Source of the DNA: an uncultured Alphaproteobacteria bacterium | Lineage (GTDB): Bacteria; Pseudomonadota; Alphaproteobacteria; HIMB59; GCA-002718135 | DNA: 64,000 nucleotides | Direction: 5' to 3' | NCBI GenBank assembly: GCA_902577425.1 | Contig: CACGZD010000001.1 | Location: forward strand, 318,414 to 382,413 | Shown: one piece after another, positions 34,075 through 45,534 of the stretch | Numbering within the stretch: position 1 is the first letter of the stretch | Layout: the number at the start of each line of letters is the position of its first letter | Program-made: the position numbers and the translations under genes | The notes under the pieces: generated by a model | Told to the model about the DNA's origin: nothing | What the model saw: only the letters and a program-made list of their open reading frames with translations | The model's database searches: none

Positions 34075-35408
34075 TTATGTTTTTCCAATACAGATACAAT
34101 TTTTTTCATATCATCTAATGAGCCAATAGTTATGCGCAAACAGTGAGGAAGTTGATAACTGCCAAGTTGACGTATAATTATTCCATTTTCAAGTAAATTT
34201 GACGCAATATTATTAGCTTTTAATTCAGTGAGCTCTATAAAAACAAAATTTGCAAATGACTGAATGTATTTATATTTCATTCTTTCTAACTCTTTCTCAA
34301 ACCAAATTTTGTTTTCTTTATTTTTATTTAAAACCTTTTTTATATGATCTTGGTCCTTAAGAGCTATCATAGCTAAATGTTGAGCAAAACTATTAGTATT
34401 AAAAGGGCCTTTTACTTTATTCAAAATATTGGCAACTTTAATACTTGAATAACACCACCCTAAACGAATACCAGCCAAACCATAAACTTTTGAAAAGGTT
34501 CTGGTGCAAATAACATTTTCAAATTCTTTAACTAATGAAAAATCAGAATCATAGTCCTCTTCTTGCACATATTCAGCATAAGCACCGTCAATAACAACTA
34601 TAATGTGATTGGGAACTTTTGATATAAGTTCTCTTAAATCTTTTTTTGTCAAATATGATCCAGTAGGATTATTAGGGTTAGCAATATAAATTAATTTAGT
34701 AGCAGGTGTTATTTGATCACAAATTGATTGAACACTAACTTTATAATTTTTTTCTTTTGCTAATTTAGAAACTGCGCCCACAACTTTTGCAATAATAGGG
34801 TACATTTCAAAACCATGATGCGCGTGAATTATTTCATCTCCTGGCTGGCAAAAAGATAAAGCAGCAAATAAAAGATTTTCGTCTGAACCGCATCCTAAAA
34901 CAATTTGTTCTGCATTTATATTATGAAATTTTGCTAACTCAGAACGTAAAGTTATTCCACTTATCTCAGGATAACGATGCAAATCAAATTTATGATTTAA
35001 AGGTGATAATATTTTATCGCTGGGACCAAAAGGGTTTTCATTTGAGGAAAGCTTGACAATTTTATTTTTACCATCAATTTTTGCAATTCCACCTTTATAA
35101 ACATTAATTGATTCAATGCTTCTTTTAGTTAAAATATTTGAATTGTTACCTAATTGAAGTTTTGAAGAGGCTTCAAATAATTCTCGCCATATTCTAATTA
35201 TAGTATCTTTTGAATATTTGCCTTTTGATAAGTGGATTAATCGATTTAAGACTTCCTGTTCTCTACTTTCATCAATTACACCCTTGGTCTTATCTTTAAG
35301 CTTTCCAATTGAAGTAACAATATTTGATCTAAGATCTATAAGATCTACTATCTTATTATCTAAATCATTTATTTGATCTCTTAATTCTTTTAGCTCTTTA
35401 TCAATCAT
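34071..35408 (-). CDS. hisC: fusion protein: AroQ-type chorismate mutase domain + histidinol-phosphate/aromatic aminotransferase (HisC family)
   Basis: 445 aa. Residues 1-90 (ELKELRDQINDLDNKIVDLIDLRSNIV...ESREQEVLNRL...IWRELFEAS) fit the AroQ CM helix pattern. From about residue 100 the sequence is HisC class II aminotransferase (LSSNENPFGP, FSKVYGLAGIRLG). Confidence 0.75.
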   Translation of the reverse strand: MIDKELKELRDQINDLDNKIVDLIDLRSNIVTSIGKLKDKTKGVIDESREQEVLNRLIHLSKGKYSKDTIIRIWRELFEASSKLQLGNNSNILTKRSIESINVYKGGIAKIDGKNKIVKLSSNENPFGPSDKILSPLNHKFDLHRYPEISGITLRSELAKFHNINAEQIVLGCGSDENLLFAALSFCQPGDEIIHAHHGFEMYPIIAKVVGAVSKLAKEKNYKVSVQSICDQITPATKLIYIANPNNPTGSYLTKKDLRELISKVPNHIIVVIDGAYAEYVQEEDYDSDFSLVKEFENVICTRTFSKVYGLAGIRLGWCYSSIKVANILNKVKGPFNTNSFAQHLAMIALKDQDHIKKVLNKNKENKIWFEKELERMKYKYIQSFANFVFIELTELKANNIASNLLENGIIIRQLGSYQLPHCLRITIGSLDDMKKIVSVLEKHK

Positions 35409-35533
35409 AAAATATTTTTATATTTTTATAAGTCTTTACAAATTATCTTCAAATAAATCAAAAAAAACTAGCATTTATTGTGTTAAGTAGGACAAATATT
35501 GACTATTAAACCTGATTAATCTAAATGGTCTTT

Positions 35534-35590
35534 TATACACCGATTTGAAACAGCTTGCGGGTGTGTATCTTTTAAACAGCTAAAGCGTGA
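35534..35590 (+). promoter_or_regulatory. SAM-II / SAM-V-type (SAM-II clan) riboswitch candidate in the metX leader
   Basis: P1 hairpin is TATACACC (35534-35541) paired with GGTGTGTA (35560-35567). The loop contains GAUUU and AGCUUG. A 3' A-rich tail AAACAGCUAAAGCG can pair (AAGC or AGCU) with the loop GCUU/AGCU to form an H-type pseudoknot. It lies 45 nt upstream of the metX ATG. Confidence 0.6.
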
Positions 35591-35634
35591 GATACTCCCT
35601 CAAAAATTGTTTTTTCGGTAAAAAGGAAAGACAA

Positions 35635-36795
35635 ATGAATTACAAGTTTAATATTATTGATGACAAAAGTTTAGAATGTAAAATTGTAGAATTTTCTAAT
35701 GCTAATTTTAAATTAGATTCTGATTATATTTTAAATAACTTCAAAATAGCCTTTAAATCATTTGGTACTTTAAATAAAAAAAAGAATAATGTCATTTTGG
35801 TTTGTCATGCACTAACCGGTGATCAATATGTAACAGGATATAACCCCGTAACAAAAAAAGATGGATGGTGGTCCAGAATGGTAGGTCCAAATAAACCAAT
35901 TGATACTAATAAGTTCTTTGTAATTTGTTCTAATGTCATTGGAGGATGTTCAGGATCAACGGGTCCAAAAGAAATAGATGTTAATACAAATTCTCCTTTT
36001 GGAGGTAAATTTCCTTCCATAACTATTAATGATATTGTTAATGCTCAAAATTATTTATTAGAATCTCTATCTATAAAAAAACTATTTGCAGTAATAGGTG
36101 GATCAATGGGAGCTATGCAAGCCATACAATGGTCATTAAACTATCCAGATAAAATAAAAAATATTATCCATATTGCTGGAGCCCTAAAACACTCATCACA
36201 AAATATTGCATTTCATGAAGTTGGCAGGCAAGCAATTATGAATGATAATAATTGGAATAAAGGATCTTATAAAGAAAATGGAAAAAGACCTGAAACAGGA
36301 TTGGCTGTTGCTAGAATGATTGCACATATTACTTATTTATCAGAAAATGCTATGCATCGTAAATTTGGTCGTAAATTACAATCAAGAGATATTATATCTT
36401 TTGGTTTTGATGCAGATTTTCAAGTTGAAAGCTATCTTCGATATCAAGGTCGATCTTTTGTTGAACGCTTTGATGCTAATAGCTATCTTTATCTCACTAG
36501 AGCCATGGATTATTTTGATATAGTAGATAAATTTTCTAAAGCTATAGAATTTCCTACAATATCAAATAAACATATTAATTATTTAGTAGTTTCTTTCACT
36601 TCAGATTGGTTGTTCCCAACAATTGAGAATAAAGAAATAGTAAAAAAATTAAATTATTTCAATCGGAATGTAAGCTTTACAGAAATTGAAACTGATAAAG
36701 GACATGATAGCTTTTTGTTAGATGAATTAGAGTTAGACTTTACCATTAATGGCTTTCTCGAAAGCAATTATAGAAAATTAGAATCAAATGAATAA
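35635..36795 (+). CDS. metX: homoserine O-acetyltransferase
   Basis: 386 aa from the ATG at 35635, preceded by AAAGGAAAG. It has an alpha/beta fold with the nucleophile elbow GGSMGAMQA and GHDSFL near the C-terminus. The upstream GTG extension would run into the riboswitch. Confidence 0.9.
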   Translation: MNYKFNIIDDKSLECKIVEFSNANFKLDSDYILNNFKIAFKSFGTLNKKKNNVILVCHALTGDQYVTGYNPVTKKDGWWSRMVGPNKPIDTNKFFVICSNVIGGCSGSTGPKEIDVNTNSPFGGKFPSITINDIVNAQNYLLESLSIKKLFAVIGGSMGAMQAIQWSLNYPDKIKNIIHIAGALKHSSQNIAFHEVGRQAIMNDNNWNKGSYKENGKRPETGLAVARMIAHITYLSENAMHRKFGRKLQSRDIISFGFDADFQVESYLRYQGRSFVERFDANSYLYLTRAMDYFDIVDKFSKAIEFPTISNKHINYLVVSFTSDWLFPTIENKEIVKKLNYFNRNVSFTEIETDKGHDSFLLDELELDFTINGFLESNYRKLESNE

Positions 36796-37471
36796 TAAAT
36801 TTAGCATAAGAAAAGACTGGAGATTAATTGAATCTTTAATCGTTGAAAACTCTAGAATTTTAGATATTGGATGTGGTGAAGGCGGTTTAATTTCACAACT
36901 TGAAAAAAATATAAATGCAAAAACTTATGGTATTGAAGTTAACTCAGAGCTAGCAAGAAAAGCTATTGCGGAAGGATTAAATGTTATTGAAGGAAATGCT
37001 GAAAAGGACTTAGGCCAATACTCAAATAATAGTTTTGATTATGTTATTTTAAGCCAAACATTACAAGCTATGCTCAAACCTAAAGATGTTTTATTAGAGC
37101 TATTAAGAATTGGGTCAAAAGCAATAGTATCATTTCCAAATTTTGGCCATTGGAGAATTCGGCTACAATTATTATTTACTGGGAAAATGCCAATGACTAA
37201 AGGACTTCCATATCAGTGGTATGAAACTCCTAATATTCATTTCTTTACGATAAAAGATTTTGAAAATTTGTGTAAAGAGTTAAATATAGTAATAGAAAAA
37301 AGTATTGGACTAACAAGTAGCGGTAAACAATTTTCTATTTCCAAAAAACTATCTAATGAAAATCTATTTACAAGTGAGGCTATATTTCTATTAAGTTATC
37401 AAAATTTTGAACCTATTAAATTGAAATCAAAACAAAAAACTTTTGTTGGCAATTCAATCATAGCAAGATAA
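36788..37471 (+). CDS. metW: methionine biosynthesis protein MetW
   Basis: 227 aa with the methyltransferase-like motif ILDIGCGEGGL, in the conserved metX-metW pairing with an 8-nt overlap. Confidence 0.85.
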   Translation: MNNKFSIRKDWRLIESLIVENSRILDIGCGEGGLISQLEKNINAKTYGIEVNSELARKAIAEGLNVIEGNAEKDLGQYSNNSFDYVILSQTLQAMLKPKDVLLELLRIGSKAIVSFPNFGHWRIRLQLLFTGKMPMTKGLPYQWYETPNIHFFTIKDFENLCKELNIVIEKSIGLTSSGKQFSISKKLSNENLFTSEAIFLLSYQNFEPIKLKSKQKTFVGNSIIAR

Positions 37472-38238
37472 TGTTAATGAAATCAGTTTCGATTGAATTA
37501 ATTCCACAGCTGAAAGATAATTATTCTTATATTATTAAAGATAACCTTTCTAATGATATAATAATAATTGATCCCGCTGAATCAGAATTAATTTTAGAAA
37601 AAATTAAGAATAAAAAACTTCAATTAAAAGCAATCTTATTAACACATCATCATAATGATCACACTGCAGGAGTAAGTGATATATTGAAATTTTTTAGTGT
37701 TCCAGTTTATAGTCCTTCAAAAAAAATATTGGGAACAAGTTTTAAAGTATCGGATAATGATGAAATTAAAACAAACTTTATTAATTTTAAAGTAATATCA
37801 ACAAAGGGACACACCTTAGATCACATAGTATTTTATAATAAAGAAAATGGAATACTTTTTTCTGGAGATACTCTATTTAGATTAGGTTGTGGAAGAGTAT
37901 TTGAAGGAACATTTCAAGATATGCATACTAGTTTAAAAAAGCTTGAAAAAATAGATAATGAAACATTAGTTTTTTGTGGACATGAATATACATTAAATAA
38001 TCTAGCTTTTATAAAAAGTATATTCCCAGAATTTAATGTGTTAGATGAAGAAGAAAAAGAAATAAAAGATCAATTAAAGAAAACAAATAGTTCGATACCT
38101 TTTAATCTTGGCAAAGAAAAAGCGATTAATCCTTTTTTGTCATCAAAAGCTATTTTTTATGAAAAGTTTAAAAAAACCAAAAATCTTAATGATTTTGAAA
38201 TGTTTTCATTTATTAGAAAATTAAAGGACAATTTTTAG
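37471..38238 (+). CDS. gloB: hydroxyacylglutathione hydrolase (glyoxalase II)
   Basis: 255 aa metallo-beta-lactamase fold with THHHNDH, TKGHT and CGHEYT motifs. Confidence 0.85.
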   Translation: MLMKSVSIELIPQLKDNYSYIIKDNLSNDIIIIDPAESELILEKIKNKKLQLKAILLTHHHNDHTAGVSDILKFFSVPVYSPSKKILGTSFKVSDNDEIKTNFINFKVISTKGHTLDHIVFYNKENGILFSGDTLFRLGCGRVFEGTFQDMHTSLKKLEKIDNETLVFCGHEYTLNNLAFIKSIFPEFNVLDEEEKEIKDQLKKTNSSIPFNLGKEKAINPFLSSKAIFYEKFKKTKNLNDFEMFSFIRKLKDNF

Positions 38239-38278
38239 TAAATTACTAAAAATAACCTAATTTTAACAATAATTTTAT

Positions 38279-38306
38279 TTGACTATTATCAGTGAAGGCT
38301 ATAAAT
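38279..38306 (+). promoter_or_regulatory. sigma70-like promoter candidate for rplU-rpmA
   Basis: TTGACT (38279-38284), a 15-16 nt spacer, then TATAAAT (38300-38306), about 25 nt upstream of the rplU ATG. Identified by motif match only. Confidence 0.35.
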
Positions 38307-38328
38307 CCCCCCTTTTCTAGGAAAAATT

Positions 38329-38826
38329 ATGCTAGCTATATTTAAAACAGGTGGAAAACAATACTCGGTGAAAGCTGGTCAAATACTTAAGGTGGAAAAG
38401 ATTAGTGGAAAAAAAGGTGATGATATTTCTTTTAAAGATGTCCTTACTATCACTGATTCTGCATTAAAAAAAATTGGTAGTCCACTAATTGAAGGTGCTA
38501 GTGTTAAAGCAAAAATAGTTGAACAAATTCGTGATAAAAAAATAATTGTTTTTAAAAAACGTCAAAGACAAAACTATCGCCATACACAAGGTCACAGACA
38601 ATATCTAACAGTTTTAAAAATTGAATCAATTGATACTGGAGACAAGAAAACTTCAGCGACAAAAAAAATTGATTCAAAAAAAGAAATTACAAAAACTGAT
38701 GTAGCAAAAAAAGATATAAAGAAAAAAGCAGCTCCTACTAAGAAAAAAATGGCAACTAAAAAAACAACCAAAACAAAAGTAGCAGCTACTAAAAAGAAAT
38801 TAGTTAAAAAAAATGAAAAGAAATAA
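38329..38826 (+). CDS. rplU: 50S ribosomal protein L21 with Lys-rich C-terminal extension
   Basis: The N-terminal 103 aa are canonical L21 (MLAIFKTGGKQY...HRQYLTVLKI). They are followed by a roughly 60-aa K/T/A-rich tail. Confidence 0.9.
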   Translation: MLAIFKTGGKQYSVKAGQILKVEKISGKKGDDISFKDVLTITDSALKKIGSPLIEGASVKAKIVEQIRDKKIIVFKKRQRQNYRHTQGHRQYLTVLKIESIDTGDKKTSATKKIDSKKEITKTDVAKKDIKKKAAPTKKKMATKKTTKTKVAATKKKLVKKNEKK

Positions 38827-38834
38827 GGTAATTT

Positions 38835-39086
38835 ATGGCAACTAAAAAAGCAGGTGGCAGTTCTAGAAATGGTCGTGACTCAGCCGGTAGAAGGTTGGGT
38901 GTTAAGAAGTATGGTGGCCAAGTTGTTTTATCTGGTAACATAATAGTGCGTCAAAGAGGTACTAAATTTCATCCCGGTTTAAATGTTGGAATGGGAAAAG
39001 ATCACACTATTTTTGCAACAATAAATGGCAAAGTATCCTTTAAAAAAACTAAGAAAAGAACATTTATTTCTGTAGTTCCTTCTTAA
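38835..39086 (+). CDS. rpmA: 50S ribosomal protein L27
   Basis: 83 aa: [29 protein letters not shown]...[10 protein letters not shown]. Confidence 0.95.
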   Translation: MATKKAGGSSRNGRDSAGRRLGVKKYGGQVVLSGNIIVRQRGTKFHPGLNVGMGKDHTIFATINGKVSFKKTKKRTFISVVPS

Positions 39087-39111
39087 TAAAAGGAGTTTAG
39101 CTCCTTACTAA

Positions 39112-41205
<2,094 letters not shown>

Positions 41206-41209
<4 letters not shown>

Positions 41210-42459
41210 ACAACAATAATTACATTTTAGAATTAGGTACTAAAGCAAAAAAAGCTTCAGAATTGTTATCCAATATTTCAACTAAAATAAAAAATGAGGC
41301 TCTTCTTGAGTTAAAAAAAAATATAATTAAATTTTCAGATGAAATATTAAAAGTAAATAAAAAAGATATAGAAAATGCTAAGAAAAAATTCCTTTCTTCA
41401 GCAATTATTGATCGCTTAACATTAAATAATGACAGGATTGATTCTATGAATAAAAGTATTGATGAGATCATAAAATTAGAAGATCCGGTTGGAAAAGTGA
41501 TTTCTGAATGGGATAGACCTAATGGTCTTAAAATTCAAAAAATATCAGTGCCATTAGGTGTAATAGGCATAATTTATGAATCTAGACCCAATGTTACTGT
41601 TGATGCTTCAATAATTTGTATTAAATCTGGAAATGCTGTTATCTTAAGGGGTGGAACGGACAGTTTCTTTACTTCTAATAAATTACAGGAAATTATTAAT
41701 GACTCTTTTAATACAGTCGGCCTACCTAAAAATGTTGTGCAAATGATTGATTCAATTGATAGAGCTAATGTTGATGAAATGATTAAACTAGATAAATTTA
41801 TTGATGTTATTATTCCAAGAGGAGGCAAAGGACTAATTAAAACTATAAATGAGAATAGCTCTATTCCTGTAATTAAACATCTCGATGGAATATGCCATAT
41901 ATTTGTTGAAAAAGATGCCAATCTTGAAAAAGCTAAAGCTATAATTTTAAATAGTAAAATGAGAAGGCCTGGAATATGTGGTGCTGCGGAAAGTTTGTTA
42001 ATTAATGAATCATTGTATGATCAAGCATTAGAAATCTTAAAGCCATTAGTAAATGCAGGTTGTGAAATCCGAGGAGATAAATCTATTTGTAAATTAAACC
42101 CTGAATTTAAACTAGCTGATAATAATGATTGGGGCACTGAATATTTAGAAAAAATAATATCTGTCAAACTAGTCAAAAATGTAGATGAAGCTATAGATCA
42201 CATCAATACATATTCCTCAGGTCACACTGAGTCAATTATTACAGAAGATATAGAAAAATTTAATAAATTTTATAAAAGGATTAACAGCGCTATAATATTA
42301 CATAATGCCTCAACCCAATTTGCTGATGGAGGAGAATTTGGGTTTGGAGGAGAAATTGGCATTTCAACAGATAAATTACATGTAAGAGGACCTGTAGGTG
42401 TAGAACATTTAACAAGCTTTAAGTATGCTATACAAGGAAATGGTCAGGTGAGGTCGTAA
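41206..42459 (+). CDS. proA: glutamate-5-semialdehyde dehydrogenase
   Basis: 417 aa, aldehyde dehydrogenase-like, with catalytic Cys in RPGICGAAESLL and a C-terminal NASTQFADGGEFG. Confidence 0.9.
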
Positions 42460-43041
42460 TTGAAAAATATTGGTTTGCTTGGAGGGTCATTTGACCCACC
42501 TCATAAAGGTCACCTTTATATTTCATTAGAAGCAAAAAAAATTTTAAAGCTTGATGAAATCTGGTGGCTTGTAACTCCACAAAATCCATTAAAAATATCT
42601 GAGCCTGCAACCTACAGTGAACGTGTTTATAATTGTAAATTAATTACCAGAGGTAAGCCTATAAAGGTTTATGAAATAGAAAAGAAAATTAACTCAAAAT
42701 ATACCTATCAATCATTAAAATATATTTTGAATAATTATAAAAATATAAAATTTTTTTGGTTAATGGGAGCTGATAATTTGATTCATTTTCATAAATGGCA
42801 AAAATGGAAACAAATATTTAATAATATTTCTATTGTAGTGTTTAAAAGACATGGATATAATAATATCGCATTGAAAAGTATAGCTTTAAAAACTTATTCA
42901 CAGTCCCAAATTTTTTCTAGTTCTATAAATAAAAAGTACTTTATGAGATTACCATCATGGACATTGATTGATAATAGAGAAATAAAAATTTCATCTACAG
43001 AAATCAGGAAACAAAGAAAAAAATTAAGAGGTAGTTATTAA
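42460..43041 (+). CDS. nadD: nicotinate-nucleotide adenylyltransferase
   Basis: 193 aa with GGSFDPPHKGH (HxGH) and a C-terminal ISSTEIR. The TTG start immediately follows the proA stop, with GTGAGG upstream. Confidence 0.85.
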   Translation: MKNIGLLGGSFDPPHKGHLYISLEAKKILKLDEIWWLVTPQNPLKISEPATYSERVYNCKLITRGKPIKVYEIEKKINSKYTYQSLKYILNNYKNIKFFWLMGADNLIHFHKWQKWKQIFNNISIVVFKRHGYNNIALKSIALKTYSQSQIFSSSINKKYFMRLPSWTLIDNREIKISSTEIRKQRKKLRGSY

Positions 43042-43054
43042 TAAAAAAGTTATA

Positions 43055-43390
43055 ATGATTGATAAGATTAAAGATATTTTAGAAGATACTAAATCTGAAA
43101 ATATCAGTATAATTGATTTAAAAAATAAAACTTCTATTGCAGATTATTTTATTATAGCAACTTGTCGTTCTAGTCGTCATGCTGACTCAACAGCAGATGA
43201 GATAATAAGAAAATTAAAGGATCTAGGAATTAACTGCCCTAGTCCCTCTGGAAAACCAAAATGTGATTGGGTCATTGTTGATGCAGGTGAGGTAATTGTT
43301 CACTTATTTAGAGAAGAAATTCGATCCTTATATAGTTTAGAAAAACTATGGGGTATAAATTTTAATAAAGTTGATCATAAATCTGCTTGA
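43055..43390 (+). CDS. rsfS: ribosome silencing factor RsfS (iojap-like)
   Basis: 111 aa with DYFIIATCRSSRHA, DWVIVDAGEVIVHLF and LEKLW motifs. Confidence 0.85.
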   Translation: MIDKIKDILEDTKSENISIIDLKNKTSIADYFIIATCRSSRHADSTADEIIRKLKDLGINCPSPSGKPKCDWVIVDAGEVIVHLFREEIRSLYSLEKLWGINFNKVDHKSA

Positions 43391-43421
43391 ATATAATGCT
43401 TTTATAGTGCTTAAGGAATTT

Positions 43422-44699
43422 GTGAAAAAAAAATTACTAATAATTTTATTTTTTGTTTTTTTTGTTAATTCATTTAATCTAACTGCAGTAGCAAAAACTA
43501 AAGAAACATATGAATATTTAGATCTTTTTGGTCAAATTTTTGATCGAGTTAGAGAAGAATATGTAGATGAAGTTACAGATGAAGAATTAATAGAAAAAGC
43601 AATAGATGGAATGCTAACTGGATTAGATCCTCATTCTGGGTACATGAATGAAGAGGTATGGAAAGAAATGCAAATGGATACCTCAGGTAAATTTGGTGGT
43701 TTGGGAATTGAAATTACAATGGAAGAAGGTTTTGTTAAAGTTATATCTCCGATTGAAGATACTCCTGCATATGAAGCTGGAGTCTTGGCGGGTGATCTAA
43801 TTATACAAATAGATGAAACACCAGTTTTTGGACTAACTTTAAGCGAAGCTGTAGATCTAATGAGAGGTAAAAAAGGTGATCCTATAAATATTACAATTGT
43901 AAGAGAGGGAATGGATCCTTTTGAGATAAATATTATTCGTGATATTATTAAAATCCAATCAGTAAAATTTGAAATAATTGATAATATTGGCTATCTTAGA
44001 ATAACTTCTTTTACTGAACAAACTGAGTCTGGTTTAATTAAATCAATAGATGCAATTAAAAAAGAATCTAATAATAAACAACTTGGATTCATTTTAGATA
44101 TTAGGTCTAATCCTGGAGGTTTATTATCTCAATCTATTAAAGTTTCTGACATATTTTTAGATAGAGGTGAGATTGTTTCTACAAGAAGTAGAGACGATAA
44201 AGATATGCAAAGATATAGAGCAAAAAAAGGAGACTTGATTGATAATCAGCCTCTTGTTGTTTTAATCAATGGAGGTTCGGCCTCTGCATCTGAAATTGTT
44301 GCAGGAGCTCTCCAAGATCATAAACGTGCTATTTTAGTTGGAACAAAATCTTTTGGAAAAGGTTCTGTTCAAACAATTATTCCTTTTAAAAAATCCAATA
44401 TGAACAAAACAACAACTGGGATTAGATTAACAACTGCTCGTTATTATACACCTTCTGGAAAATCAATCCAAGCAAAAGGGATTGAGCCGGATATTATAAT
44501 TGAGCAAGGTACTTTTACTTCTCAAGACTATCAGTATCTATCAGAATCAGATTTAAAAGACTCTCTTGATAATGAAAATGATAATAATGAAAATTCAACT
44601 GATGAAAAGGAAGAGGATCGCCTTCAAAAAGACTATCAATTAGCAAGAGCTATAGATTTAATTAAAGGAATAAGTTTTTACCAAGAAACTCTCAAATAA
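43422..44699 (+). CDS. ctpA: carboxy-terminal processing peptidase (S41 family, PDZ domain)
   Basis: Signal/TM segment VKKKLLIILFFVFFVNS, a PDZ domain (GGLGIEI...GDLIIQID), and S41 catalytic motifs GGSASASEI and GTKSFGKGSVQ. The GTG at 43422 is preferred; the TTG at 43371 would overlap rsfS by 20 nt. Confidence 0.85.
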   Translation: MKKKLLIILFFVFFVNSFNLTAVAKTKETYEYLDLFGQIFDRVREEYVDEVTDEELIEKAIDGMLTGLDPHSGYMNEEVWKEMQMDTSGKFGGLGIEITMEEGFVKVISPIEDTPAYEAGVLAGDLIIQIDETPVFGLTLSEAVDLMRGKKGDPINITIVREGMDPFEINIIRDIIKIQSVKFEIIDNIGYLRITSFTEQTESGLIKSIDAIKKESNNKQLGFILDIRSNPGGLLSQSIKVSDIFLDRGEIVSTRSRDDKDMQRYRAKKGDLIDNQPLVVLINGGSASASEIVAGALQDHKRAILVGTKSFGKGSVQTIIPFKKSNMNKTTTGIRLTTARYYTPSGKSIQAKGIEPDIIIEQGTFTSQDYQYLSESDLKDSLDNENDNNENSTDEKEEDRLQKDYQLARAIDLIKGISFYQETLK

Positions 44700-44703
44700 T
44701 AAA

Positions 44704-45165
44704 ATGTCTGACAAATATAGATCATGTGTAGGAATGATGATTCTAAATGATACAAATAAAATTTTAGTAGGTAGAAGATTAGATCATCCTAGTGGGTTCT
44801 GGCAAATGCCACAAGGAGGAATAGATGATCATGAAAAACCAGAAGAAGCAGTCTGGCGAGAAATGATGGAAGAAATAGGAACAAACAACGCCAAGTTAAT
44901 AAAAAGTACTAATCAATGGTACAAATATGAAATTCCAAAAGAAACTCTAAAAACCCTACCTTGGGGAGAAAAATATATTGGACAAAAGCAAAAATGGTTT
45001 GCCTTTCGTTTTACTGGAAAAGAGACAGATATAAATGTTAATACAAATAATCCTGAATTTAGTGAGTGGAAATGGATATTACATAACTCTTTAGTTGATA
45101 ATATTGTGCCATTTAAAAGAAAATTATACAAAAATGTATTAAATGAATTTGAAAATCTTTTTTAA
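44704..45165 (+). CDS. rppH: RNA pyrophosphohydrolase (Nudix)
   Basis: 153 aa with Nudix box GGIDDHEKPEEAVWREMMEEIG and the WQMPQGG motif typical of RppH. Confidence 0.85.
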   Translation: MSDKYRSCVGMMILNDTNKILVGRRLDHPSGFWQMPQGGIDDHEKPEEAVWREMMEEIGTNNAKLIKSTNQWYKYEIPKETLKTLPWGEKYIGQKQKWFAFRFTGKETDINVNTNNPEFSEWKWILHNSLVDNIVPFKRKLYKNVLNEFENLF

Positions 45166-45195
45166 TTAAAAATATGGGAGGAAATGCCAAATAGT

Positions 45196-45267
45196 TTAAC
45201 TAAAAATAAAGTAAAGAATTATGACAACTACTATAATTCCAATAATCCATGCCCATTTATTATTCAT
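45196..45267 (-). CDS. candidate 23-aa hydrophobic micro-protein (MNNKWAWIIGIIVVVIILYFIFS)
   Basis: ATG preceded by AGGAGAATTATT (SD-like, 7-nt spacing). It has a single predicted TM helix and lies in the long spacer downstream of atpC on the atp strand. There is no other support. Confidence 0.25.
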   Translation of the reverse strand: MNNKWAWIIGIIVVVIILYFIFS

Positions 45268-45534
45268 AATAATTCTCCTATTTAAAAGTACCAATACTAT
45301 ATACATTAATCACTAAAAAGTTTTAATATTTTTATTTTTTCGTTAGAAAGATAGGAAATTTTTTCTTTTATATGTTGATAAGTAGAAGTTTATTTGATCT
45401 TTCTAATCAGCATTAATATAAATTGATTAAAGTAAAAAAATTTTAATTAAAGTTTTTCTTTTGAAGTTCGTAGTTCAATTTCTAACAACGTCAATTAGCA
45501 CTGATTCAGTCATCAAAATATTAATCTTTATAAA

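Noticed and set aside
39090-39106. Small hairpin AAGGAG-TTTAG-CTCCTT between rpmA and obg, considered as a terminator
   Set aside because: The stem is only 6 bp and is not followed by a T-run. rpmA and obg are probably co-transcribed.
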